From positions 682,001-746,000 of the forward strand of contig JAHLTZ010000009.1 of assembly GCA_025786725.1 (NCBI GenBank): a stretch of 64,000 bases of DNA. Reading direction: 5' to 3'. Source of the stretch: Syncephalis fuscata S228. Its lineage: Eukaryota; Fungi; Zoopagomycota. A model generated the notes under the pieces. The model did not search any database and had not been told where the DNA came from. It was given only the letters and a program-made list of their open reading frames with translations. Below, piece after piece: positions 52,070 to 64,000 of the stretch. How positions within the stretch are numbered: the stretch's first letter is position 1; each line of letters starts with the position of its first letter. The position numbers were made by a program, and so were the translations under genes.

Positions 52070-53820
52070 TGTTAAATGACTACATTTGACTACGTTGGCT
52101 CTATTAAACTAAACATTCATTTAATGAACATGAAACTATGTGATGAATGAGATCAGTGATTAAAATACTCACTATAGTAGATTTATTATTTAGTATGCAT
52201 ATGTTTACTACACTATATCATTCCCATTCTACAATATACTAAGCACATGCTATTCAGTATATATTCCAATGCACCCCATCTACTTCAATTATTGAGTTAT
52301 ATACAATACAGTTGAGCATCACTATTCATGTTTTTATTATTGCATATTCATTCTATTTTATATTATTCTACCAGCTACTGATTACACGCTATTGTAAAAG
52401 TTGTTTGTTGATTACCAACTGTATTTTCATACATATTTAATTATTTCACTCATCCCACTCACTCGATTGTATAGACAATAACAGATTTGTTATTATTCAT
52501 GTAGCTTCTTTTACCTAGTTGTTTACTCTATATCATTATATACTTTGTGAATCAAGCTTTATTAATAAAACTCATTTTTGTCACTGGCTATATTGCTTGT
52601 ATACTTCGACCCAATTAGCTTAATCATTTAGATAAGCAATTATACTTTTATCGCCAATATTATACACATCTTTGACCAACCATTTATATGTACAATGTTT
52701 TATTTAAAGTAAAGATGGTAATGGCCTTTAGAGTCATAGCTTAATGTTACAGCTCCAATATAAAAATAAACTTACAAACAGTATTAGTCGCCTTGTATTC
52801 GCCATTAGTTAGCAAATTTACAATACGTTGGATTAGGAGCTATGAATATTGATAGCGCGTTTCTACGTTGAACTAGCACGTGTACAGAATACAATAAACA
52901 ATAATTGCAAAGCTACTTATGATGGTTTTATTCTACTTAGCGAGGCACACGTAAAATACTTTTAAGCTGTACTATGGAAACACATAAGGCTATGTCCATA
53001 TCATCGTTTATCTTTACAGAATACATACCAAACTGACAAGCTATAGCAAGATTTACTTGAGAATTTAAAGAAATGGCGCATATTTAAACTGTAGACTGGT
53101 GGAATATATAGCGGAAGGGAGCAAGGAAGACGATCAGCGGAGAGGTAACAGTGGATATAGCCAATACAGCCAGCGTGCTGGCAACTGCGCACATACAGCA
53201 GCTGGACATGCTGCCTGTGGCGGCTATATGCTGCCAAAAGCATACAACGTGTTTTTACAGCATATGCTCCACATAGCACAAAAACAAGCCACAAAGGCAC
53301 TTACCGTGTCAAAGAAGTTGTCAATACCAATAAGCAGAGTAAATAAGGTGATTTGCATAAATGTCAGATTGCAAAAGAGCAAGGCAAGAATGTAAATAGT
53401 ATTTGTACTTAATTAGTATTAGACAACTACTGATACTAGCAAGGCAGCATATATAAAAGGTAAAAGTATATGCACTGGATACGTGCCGTCAAGTGTAAAG
53501 AAAGAGAAAGGACAGTGATGACGTAGATTATGTGCTGTGTTGTTAATATATGTGAAGTGATAATAGTGATGTCATTTGATACCAAACTACTCATTTTCAT
53601 AGAACATGTTGTCAGTAAATAGTGAATATATTAAAGATAGATACTATTTAACATCAAATCATACTATAATGTGATGATGTAATTATTCAATAAAACTCAC
53701 CTTCCGTTTCCATCGTCAATAGATTGAATGTCTAGTTCAGTTACGCGAATATTATTATATTTAATCATTTGACCACCAATCAAAGCAAATTATTAATAAA
53801 TTGGTAAATGAATTGTCAAT
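52070..53820. mobile_element. Degenerate remnant(s) of the long-TIR family
   Basis: Left-TIR-like TGAACATGAAACTATGTGATGAATGAGATCAGTGATTAAAATACTC near 52125; right-TIR-like ACTCACC..CATCGTCAATAG..TCTAGTTCAGTTACGCGAATAT near 53695-53750. Confidence 0.45.
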
Positions 53821-53903
53821 TGTTAATAATCAGTGTAATAGACAGCTAAAAAGCTTTATTATTGATGTTATATAATTACTATGCATTTATTATTTGTGTT
53901 ATT

Positions 53904-55763
53904 TTATACTATGCATGTTTCTTCTTCATATACGTCGTCATAGTTTATTCGCTGGTGACAGCGAATCACTTCGTTGGACCAGTTAAGGCGAAGGATTGCC
54001 CATACCTCGCCGGCAGCTACAATGAAAAGAGCAGAACATAGGCCCCACCAAAGACCGATTAGACCCATGTTCATGTTAAACGTTAAATAAAGGCCGACTG
54101 GAAAGCAGACTACATAGTAGCCAAACAAAGTCAAATAGGCGCCAATATGTTGCTGACCAATTCCACGCAGTATACCTGCGCAAACACCTCCAAAAACATC
54201 GCCAATTTGAAATAGTGCTACTATAGGAAGAAGATCACCAACTAGTTGGACTACATCAGGGTCGTCGTTGAATAAATATCCCCAGTTGTTTTTAAATATA
54301 AGAAGAATTGATGTATTGAAAGTCGAGACAACAACTCCTAATAGCAGCGCACTGTTGCATGCAAGTCTGGCGCGATTACTATTTTTTAAGCCCAGTTCGT
54401 TTCCAATCCGGTTACAAGAGGTGATGCTAATACCGGCTGGGATCATATACATGATGGTGGCTGTGGTCAATACAACGCTTTGTGCTGCCAATGGTATTGT
54501 TCCTAGATAGCCGGCTATTAAAGCAACTACTTCAAATGCCCACCACTCGCTGCAAATAAACGCCATGCCGGATAGACCAAGTTTGATAAACTGGCCCCAT
54601 CCACGAAACGCTTCGCGCGAAAATCCACCCCAGCATTCGCCACCACGCACGTAACGCACATACAAAATGGCAAAACTGAGATTCAACCAGTGACTCAGCG
54701 ACATGGCAATCGGTGCACCAATAAATCCTAATGCAATTGGGGGCCACCAAACAAGTAGATAGTTGGTAGCTACGTTGATGGGACTTGTAACCATTAAAAT
54801 ATACGTGCCGGCGTCCATAATACCTTGTGCCTGTAAATAGCGCTTCATGCACTCGAACATTAAATATGGAACAAGACATGGTATACTCCATCGAATGAAA
54901 CGACCACTAAGCGCCGATAATTCTTCGCTTTGGCCCAACTGCAGCAGAATGGTTTCGGCATACCACCACTAGTGGCAATTGGTACCGCCATTACAAGTAG
55001 AATAAGCATTGCGCGTTGCAAATAAACACCAAGTGCATGTGGATTTCTGCTAGCTGTATATGCCTGGCTACCGAGTGTATCGAGTGCCGTAGTCATACCA
55101 AGAGCCACAGACCAACCGGTCACCGAGATGTACATGGAGCCAAGGGCCGATGCCGCTAATTCCAATGCACCCAAATGACCAAGCGAAAATACACAGGCAA
55201 TATCAATCGACTTTTGTAACAAGTAGGCTAATACTACCGGGCGGCTAGTCGTGCCAGTGAGCCAACTTCTTTCAATAGTCTATGCGGTTGTATAATTTCA
55301 TCTGCTGTAAGATCGTGCGCTACATGCTTAGTAGTAATCAATCGTTGGTGTTCATTGGACTTTTGTACGTGTAACCAAAAAATTTATCAATTTATCAATT
55401 AATCCATCAATCCATCAATCCATCGATCAATCAGTAAATTGTTTTGTCATTAGATTAGTTGCTATTATACAATAAACATTAAAAACATACCCAATCTTGC
55501 GCATACTGTCTTGGATGTGATTCAACAATGTCCTGCGGCCTATGCAAATCATTTGGCATCTCCCCCTGATGAATTGTGCCATAAGAAGGTATATTACTAC
55601 GAAGTCGTGGTGAATCCGGACCGTTACTTATTTCATCATATAGGGCAGCGGTAGAGGCGCGGTAAGCGGCTTGTTCGTCATTTGATAAAGAAGAGGGCCC
55701 GCTAGGTATTGGAATACTGGGTGCAGGTTGCGGACCGTCAGACGGAATGTTAGATGAGACCAT
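53904..55763 (-). CDS. MATE (multidrug and toxic compound extrusion) transporter; frameshifts near 54970 and 55265
   Basis: LGHLGALELAASALGSM..TG..ALDTLGSQAY, KRYLQAQG, CSEWWAFE and GILRGIGQQHIGA. Confidence 0.9.
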
Positions 55764-56809
55764 AGTTTTGCTTTGAGTAGAGTTGTATGGTAAATAATAT
55801 TTATCTTTTGATTTTTTAACTGTTGGAAGCAATTCCGTTAATGATAATGACAAACTAGAATAAAACTATAACAGGTACTTTGAATAAAGCTAATCTAGCC
55901 GCAATGCTATAACGATGATGTGATGGGAATTTGACAGAGAAAAGAATGTAAATTCCGAATTTTTAATTGTTTTTTAAAATAAAAGGCAGGACGGTATTTT
56001 TTTTAATTTTTAAACTGGTATTTAAATGAGTACTATTGAGTCGGATTTTTATTATACAAATTTAGCCAAATATCAGTTATTTATAGCTGTATTAGATAAA
56101 TAGTAATAAATAGATGAAACTAGTCATTTACTGTATACCATTATCATTGTTAGTTAGCATAAGTTGCCATTTCTAGTTATGCACGATACAGTCCATATTT
56201 AGTAATTCAATATGTCGATACAATAGGTCATTATTAATTCTATTCAAATAGAATTTAAAAGACTTTTTTAAAACTGGTGCTGTACTAGCAATGTTGCGGT
56301 TACGCTTTTAGCATAATCACCGAAGAATTGTTCAATGCCAATACAGTATGATCTGCTACTATTGATATTACAAGAATCGTTATGGACATTACCCGCAGTA
56401 ATAACTTTTAGCAAACCAAAGTACTAATGTAATATTAGTGACATATTAAAGTTATATATATTTAATAAATACATATAGTTGGCATAAAATAAAAAGAAAG
56501 GCGATGATGTAGGCTGTAAGTTGTGTAGTAGACAAACAGTATTTATAAATGAAGTGCTGAAATTGTTATCAATGAAGTAATAGGCGGAGCATAAATACTG
56601 AAAGTCAATTTATTCTAAATGTTGGTATATCATGGAACGTCTTACTAATGTGGTTTTATTTCTTTGACTCCCACATTTAGAGTCCTCAAAGCAAAATTCG
56701 TTTTAATTAAAGCCAATTGTAACAAAGTGGCCGTAGGATGACCACTGTTACTGCTGTTATGCATAACAAACCACAAGTATAGTGTTTTTATTTGATTACT
56801 TGAAATTCA

Positions 56810-57450
56810 TGAGGCCGATCGTTGTTGTTGGCTATGCATAGAAAGATTGATAGAATATTAATAAAAGCCATTGATTGCGATTCCATATCGTCTCGCAGTT
56901 GTTATTGTTGTTACTACGTACAGTGTGATTTCTTTGCATCTAAATGGCCTCTTTTATTTTCCAATCTTCTACTATTGCATTTTGGGCATATTTGTGATGT
57001 AAGATACTCGTCTATGGTGACAAAAAGGTAGGACGACTAGTATTTCTGATGTTCACCATTCTCTTGAGCATTCTTGGTATCAACTTGGTAGGTGCCGATT
57101 ATTTGCCAACCATCGATGAAGCAAATGGCCTCCATTATATGCAATAATGATAGGTTGAGTGTCTTTATTAAAAGTTCTTGTGGCGGCAGTTGTAACCAGA
57201 TAATACGGCATACCGTCGAGGTTACTTGAATAGATAGCAATGTAAAATAAAATAAATAAAGACTAGGGATTGAATAGTGTTTTTTATTGATGTTAAAATA
57301 CGCATGCTATTTATATTGTTATATTCGGCATTATCAGATAATATATTACTGAATAGAACAATAAGATAGCGATAAGAAAAAGGCAGTGAACTGAGTAAAT
57401 AAAAAATGTGAAAGCCAAAGTACAGTAGAAACATTAAAGCCATTTAATAC
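56810..57450 (+). repeat. Degenerate direct repeat, similar to about 59265-59780
   Basis: Shared TTGTTGTTGGCYATG..TAGAAAGATTGAT.GAATATTAATA.AAGCCAT..GATTGC.ATTCCATATCGT, with a weaker match near the right ends. Confidence 0.55.
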
Positions 57451-58564
57451 TAAAAGTCGTTGTTATAAAACATACTGCCAATAAATTACTGAGTGTAATA
57501 GAAAATACAATCAAAGTCAATGCTTCTTAAGACAAGTGTAGTCATAAAAGGTGTAATTACTAAAATAATGAAATGTAATCATATTTTAGAAGATGTAACA
57601 ATAGACCAATAAATTAGATGAATGAATAAATAGTGTGATGTTAATGCCAGCAGAAACATGTACAGTATATTCAGTACAATGACCAGTGGTGAACTAAACC
57701 TTCTGATTTTTTACCACCTATTACTACAAGAAATTAAACTGACACTGCTGCATCAATATCATAATTAAATGTAGCATTTATTGTAAGTAACATGAAATAC
57801 TATTTAACATTCATTAACACAATATCGGATATTGAAAATAGTGCAGATTAATTAATACTCTGATTCAATCGGAGCTAATGTGCACTGTTTCAACAAACCA
57901 CCCCCTTTCAGTAGTAAAAACTGATCGACGTTTATTGTTTGAGTTATGGATCTTTTTGTCCCCCATTTAAGGATAGGGACTCAAAGAGAAGTAGCTCCTT
58001 TCATGTAATATATGACCAAATTTATTAAAAAAGATAGATTAGCGACTTTAGATAAATAAAAGCTATTGCAAGTATACCTACAATGCAAAACAAAAGCAGT
58101 TTTAAATCCATATGTTTCTCTTTAAGCGTACCATTACTTAAAGATGATCACAATCACCATGCTTTTCAGTGTCTTACACACAAATGAATCAATTTTAGTG
58201 ACGTATCGGTTTCATGCTATTCTTGGCTTAATTTCCAGCATAGTGCTTGGAATCGACACTGTTTCTACATAATCGTCGTATTTTCGTCATAAATTGCTTG
58301 GCTTATTATCACGTGACACAGACATATGTGATTCAGCTACACATGTCCAAACCTGCACTACTTCCGCGTGGTAAAGATTTATCCAGCACATGTTTTTTCT
58401 TCCTTTAGTAGTCAGTCACATTTCTTTTCCTGCCTTGGCCATCCTTGTCTCCTTTTCACCTGCAATAAATAGCCTACCCGACACCCCCGTTGTCTTACTT
58501 CTTCAATCGTTTCTTTTACTCTTCACTTAGTCTAGCACTATCTTCTCACCAGCAGTCTATCAAC

Positions 58565-58803
58565 ATGGCCCTCACCTGCACTGACATTTTCAAGTTTATC
58601 GCCGCGGTCATCCTTCCACCGCTTGGTGTGTTGCTCGAACGCGGCTGTGGTTGCGACTTGTTGATCAACATCGGTCTTACGCTACTCGGTTACATTCCTG
58701 GTAAGTCTTAGAGTGTAGAATAGCAGTATGCCAGTACAGTAGAACTAATACAAATGCTATTCTAGGTATCATCCACGCCGTCTATATTATTCTCAAATAC
58801 TAG
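58565..58803 (+). CDS. PMP3: Pmp3/RCI2 proteolipid, 57 aa
   Basis: MALTCTDIFKFIAAVILPPLGVLLERGCGCDLLINIGLTLLGYIP|GIIHAVYIILKY; intron 58701-58765. Confidence 0.93.
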
Positions 58804-59793
58804 ATCAACTATCTGGCATTCTTAAAGACAACTATGTATAAGCTAGTTTTATAAACTCTTTTAAACTATGTGATAACATTATGTTGTGTATGTGTATTTG
58901 CAAATGTATTTTGTTAAGCTTGCCTATGCTAAATAAATGGCAATAGCTAAGCGTTTGCACAACAGATAATTATAGTTATCTTTTACAATGTTAATAAATT
59001 TCATATGCATCCCGCAAAGATAACGATGTTACAGTATGTGAAAATGTAGCAAATTATAACATCATAGCAACAGTCGTGGCGACTACAGCTTCAATGTTTT
59101 AATTTTATTGTACTTTAACTCCCACATCTGTCCTAAAGCATAGTTTGTTTCAATTGAGGTCATGTCATTGTTATACACAACATAGTTATACTACTTTTTA
59201 TTAAAATATTAATAAATTGATTTGAACAAACAATGTAACATACTATTTGATTTTTTGAAACGTTTGAGCCCGATTATTATTGTTGTTGGCCATGTGTAGA
59301 AAGATTGATCGAATATTAATAGAAGCCATATGATTGCAATTCCATATCGTTACTCATTATTTCTGTGCCTGTTTGTCATACTGACATCAAACTGCTATAT
59401 AATCTATTTCTTCTCTATCTTGTTTCTGTTTACTTGAACCACACTTGCATATTGTACCAATTATATTTAATAATCGCAATTATTTTATTTTTTTATACTT
59501 GTAGACCGTTTCAACAAGATATTTAACAATTTAGTGTAAAAAGCCTTTTATTTTATTAAATGTTATTTCAACTTCAACTAATACCGTAATGTGCATATTT
59601 AATTGCATTATTGTGTTGATAATTAGACATGAATTGATTAGTGTTGGATGCAATATTATACATGTTATAGTGATGAGTGTATGTTTAATTGTATTTAAAA
59701 GTGTTGAGGGGTGAAATAGATAAATAAAAATGTGAGGGTCAAAGTGAAGTAGCTCCATCAAAATAATTACCATTTGTTAATGCCTTGTACAAT

Positions 59794-60854
59794 TTTATGT
59801 CACGCCATCTAGTCTATTATATATTAGTTCATACTATTGTATATAACAGGTGCAATTAAATCTAATGCTAATCCCATTTATATATTGCATTATTATTGTT
59901 TATTGAATAATAGTGTGCTAATGCTTTATTACAGCACTGTTTATCCGTACCATGATGGACACACGGTGCCACGTCACAATATTACCAACTTGATAGCTTA
60001 ACTGTCTGGATACATCATCTAATTTATTCAAGGCTCAGCTACAAACATACATTTCAGTAGAAAATATGTCACATGAGCCGTTTAATATTATGTGCTTCAC
60101 AATAGCATGGCTGTGGCTCAGATATGCTAAAGTTGCTTTCCAGCATTTGCTACAGTTAAATAAACACAATATTTTATGACTTTTAACTTTACAGTAGCTA
60201 GACTGCTAGGATAAACAGCCTAATTGAATATACAAGACAAAATAAAAATGCAGGCCATAGTCCATACGCTAGAGCGTATCAATTGCAAAGCACTACTTGT
60301 AAACATCCATTAGCACAAACATTGCTTATGCTGTAAAGCAGTATTGTATAAGTTTTAAACGGTAACAGTATATAGACACACCTGAGTAGATGCGATAGTA
60401 TAATAGACTATGTCAATCATTTAGGCCAACCATATTACCGCTATGCTGTTAATGCCTCTGCCAAGTATTCACTAAATTGACTCATAGACAACAAATACAT
60501 CGAATCGAGATACTTGTTCAGATCAGTGACCGAGAAACAGGTTTTTGAACAAGCAGACTTATTTGGTTGCAAAAATAGTTGGAATGAAAGTTCGTAGAAC
60601 ACACATGAACTTGGCTATTGACCAAGCTGACATACACAAAGCATTAATTAACAAAGCTTACTCATTATAAAATGCACATATGTGCTTAATTGGCTAGTAT
60701 AAAGCCACATTTTAATATCATATTAGCGTAATGTAACGTATTTATTAAATAGCTAGTTTGAAGAATTCAAAGTGTTGTTAGCTTCTGTAAACAAAACAAG
60801 CCAGCAATTGGCCTATCCTTCAATTAATATGGCATTAATTAGTGTCTTAAAAAG
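59794..60854 (+). repeat. About 1.06-kb near-identical direct repeat, copy 2
   Basis: Matches 15977-17039. Confidence 0.95.
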
Positions 60855-61589
60855 GAAAAATTAATTTATTGTTTCAACAACTTGAACAATACCGGTATTG
60901 CCTTTAGCAAAAAGGCTCCTTAAAAATTGGCCTTTATCGTCTGGTGATTTGTTTGTGTAAGCCTGTAGTCTTTGTAACATTCTTCGTTCTAGAAAGGAAA
61001 ATCTAAGCTACGGCACAATCAAGCTTTAATATCTCGGCAATGATTTTTAATAATTCATAGCGTTATAAAGAAATACATGTTTAATTATCATAGTACCAAT
61101 AAAACAAATAAATGAGCAGAAATCCAAGTATTTTATTAAAAAACAATTAAATATATAGCTATTTTCCATTTAAATAATAAATAGCGTTAGGATATAAATA
61201 AAACAAATTTATTATAGGTATAAAACGTAAAAAGTCGATTGATTTGTATTACTATATTCGACAATAATAGATTCAATCTATCAACACGAAATTATTAGTT
61301 GACAAATTTTTTCTATGAAGTTACGACGTGTACGACCAATAGATAGGCCTGTGTTGTTTTATCGCCAAGTGTATTTGGATTGTCAATGAAAGCTATTGAT
61401 TTGCTGATGCCAAAGCTTGCAACAATAAATAGATATGCCAATTTAGTCCAGGTGTCTAAAGAGTGTAGCTATACGTACAATCTTCCAACCTAATATTTTA
61501 CGGCCCAACATCTTTATCCATATTGGAAACTATATATTATTCTTTATTCTATTTATCACTTAGCTGTCACATTTTAATTACTGCTTGCT

Positions 61590-63911
61590 ATGCTTAGTAA
61601 GCGTATAATATTTGCGGCTGCATTACTTGCAGCAGCAACAAACAGTGTTTTATCTGTTTCAGGCGCACCACCTACTAATCAAGACACATCAACAAACCAA
61701 TCCAAAGATATTGACGTTTCCTTTTTAGGATGGCATTTTAAAACTAATAGCGTTCCTGACAATCAACAAGGAAACAGTGACGACAACGTTACTTTCTGGA
61801 CCATTGAAGGCCCAAATGGCAAAAAAATCAGCGGAGAATTACATAATACGCCGAAATCTAATAAAGATCTTGATAATAACGATGGTTCTACTGGTAAGGA
61901 ATATACCTAAATAACAACAGTGTAACTCATAGCCATTTAGATGAAAATGCTAAAACTATTCAAACCAACAAGCACGTTAATTTAAAAAGTGATACTCAGA
62001 CGATAATGGTGATCAGTCAGAAGCTAATACACTAATTGATGAAGTAAACGACGAAACAAATGCTAATTTTATGCAGACGCAGTTTGATGAAAATATTAAC
62101 GAAACTAATGATGCCGTAAATAGTGCCAATTTTGCTAGCTTTACTTCTGGCCATGGTAGACATAAACCAGCTCCACATCATCCAGTTCCATCTCATCCAA
62201 GACATCCAACTCCACCACACCCACATCGCCCTCCACCATCCAGGCCTGCCCCCACCCACCACATCATCCACCACATCATCCACCACATCATCCACCGGCA
62301 CCTAGACCAGTCCCACCAAGGCCAGCACCGCCACCGGCACCTAGACCAGTCCCACCAAGGCCAGCACCGCCACCAGCACCTAGACCAGTCCCACCAAGGC
62401 CAGCACCGCCACCAGCACCTAGACCGGTCCCACCAAGGCCAGCTCCAGCACCGCCTAAGCCAGCACCACCAGCTCCAAAGCCAGCACCACCAGCTCCAAA
62501 GCCAGCACCACCTAAGCCAGCACCAGTACCGCCTAAGCCGGCACCACCAGCACCAAAGCCAGCACCACCTAAGCCAGCACCAGTACCGCCTAAGCCGGCA
62601 CCACCAGCACCAAAGCCAGCACCACCTAAGCCAGCACCAGTACCACCTAAGCCGGCACCACCAGCTCCAAAGCCAGCACCACCAGCTCCAAAGCCAGCAC
62701 CGCCAGCTCCAAAGCCAGCACCACCAGCTCCAAAGCCAGCACCACCTAAGCCAGCTCCAGTACCGCCTAAGCCGGCACCACCAGCTCCAAAGCCAGCACC
62801 ACCTAAGCCAGCACCAGTACCACCTAAGCCGGCACCACCAGCTCCAAAGCCAGCACCACCTAAGCCAGCACCAGTACCGCCTAAGCCGGCACCACCAGCT
62901 CCAAAGCCAGCACCACCTAAGCCAGCACCAGTACCGCCTAAGCCGGCACCACCAGTTCCAAAGCCAGCACCACCAGTACCAAAGCCAGCACCACCTAAGC
63001 CAGCACCAGTACCACCTAAGCCGGCACCACCAGCACCAAAGCCAGCACCACCTAAGCCAGCTCCAGTACCGCCTAAGCCGGCACCACCAGTACCAAAGCC
63101 AGCACCACCTAAGCCAGTACCAGTACCACCTAAGCCGGCACCACCAGCTCCAAAGCCAGCACCACCAGCTCCAAAGCCAGCACCACCAGCTCCAAAGCCA
63201 GCACCACCAGCTCCAAAGCCAGCACCACCTAAGCCAGCTCCAGTACCGCCTAAGCCAGCTCCAGCACCACCAGCACCACCAGCACCAGTGCCAGAGCCAC
63301 CTAAGCCAGCTCCAGCACCACCAGCACCAGTGCCAGAGCCACCTAAGCCAGCGCCAGCACCACCAGCACCAGTGCCAGAGCCACCTAAGCCAGCGCCAGC
63401 ACCACCAGCACCAGTGCCAGAGCCACCTAAGCCAGCGCCAGCACCACCAGCACCAGTGCCAGAGCCACCTAAGCCAGCGCCAGCACCACCAGCACCAGTG
63501 CCAGAGCCACCTAAGCCAGCGCCAGCACCACCAGCACCAGTGCCAGAACCACCTAAGCCAGCGCCAGCACCACCAGCACCAGTGCCAGAGCCACCTAAGC
63601 CAGCGCCAGCACCACCAGCACCAGTGCCAGAACCACCTAAGCCAGCGCCAGCACCACCAGCACCAGTGCCAGAGCCACCTAAGCCAGCGCCAGCACCACC
63701 AGCACCAGTGCCAGAACCACCTAAATATCCATTCTACCCACCTAGCGGATACCCGCAAGCACCAGTACCTCAACCTGGTCCATACGTGCCTAGCTATCCA
63801 GCCTATCCATATGGTGGATACTCACCACCACCAACATCTCAACGTGGTTCATACGGATCTAGCAATCCAGTGAATGGAAATTCAAGATATCGTGGCTATC
63901 GTCGCAGATAG
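61590..63911 (+). CDS. Secreted proline-rich extensin-like protein, paralog of 17543; one intron (acceptor ambiguous) and a frameshift near 62252
   Basis: Signal peptide MLSKRIIFAAALLAAATNSVLSVSG|AP resembles MFSKRTTLAAILLIAATSNVLSVSG|AP. PKPAP repeats, about 10 x PEPPKPAPAPPAPV (42 bp) and YPAYPYGGYS..GSYGS tail. Confidence 0.8.
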
Positions 63912-64000
63912 TTTATTTTAGTCTTGACTTTATATGCCATCGATTAATAAATTATAGCAATTTAAACAACGCTGGCCATTTAATATTTGCATTAAAGCAT

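Noticed and set aside
53001-53395. Short GC-richer ORFs on both strands
   Set aside because: No ATG-started coherent model or motif; they lie within a degenerate repeat region.
62071-63873. 600-aa His/Gln-rich ORF and the antisense Trp/Cys-rich ORF
   Set aside because: Shadow frames of the CCA-rich proline repeat; the Pro frame connects to the paralog-like C-terminal tail.

Overview
AT-rich eukaryotic DNA with many short spliceosomal introns. Gene content and style point to an early-diverging fungus, possibly Zoopagomycota or Syncephalis-like (inference only). Housekeeping genes: RING/TRAF-ZnF/LRR protein, ASCH-associated-domain protein, cyclin, RNPS1, mitochondrial-type ValRS, WDR24/Sea2, YEATS2, Arp10, Whi5/Nrm1-like, MATE, two Pmp3 proteolipids and tRNA-Arg(CCU). 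An accessory secreted-protein island at about 7.6-19 kb holds an LPMO-like gene, a Kex2-processed repeat protein, a UGT pseudogene and an extensin-like gene. The standout feature is invisible to the ORF track: a micro-exon gene at 14318-15507. It has a signal-peptide exon and 14 internal exons (twelve of 3 nt, eleven of them consecutive, and two of 12 nt), all phase 1. These splice into an open 51-aa prepro-peptide with a Kex2-type RR site and mature peptide DEPQDNLFQHIFNQRD, a candidate splicing-based combinatorial peptide generator. Other structure: 950-bp inverted repeats bracketing a two-gene cassette, a long-TIR MITE-like family, a perfect 79-bp-arm hairpin, a near-identical 1.06-kb block upstream of two diverged extensin-like paralogs, and several GC-AG introns. 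Scattered 1-nt frameshifts are probably assembly errors. All coordinates and gene models were derived by hand.
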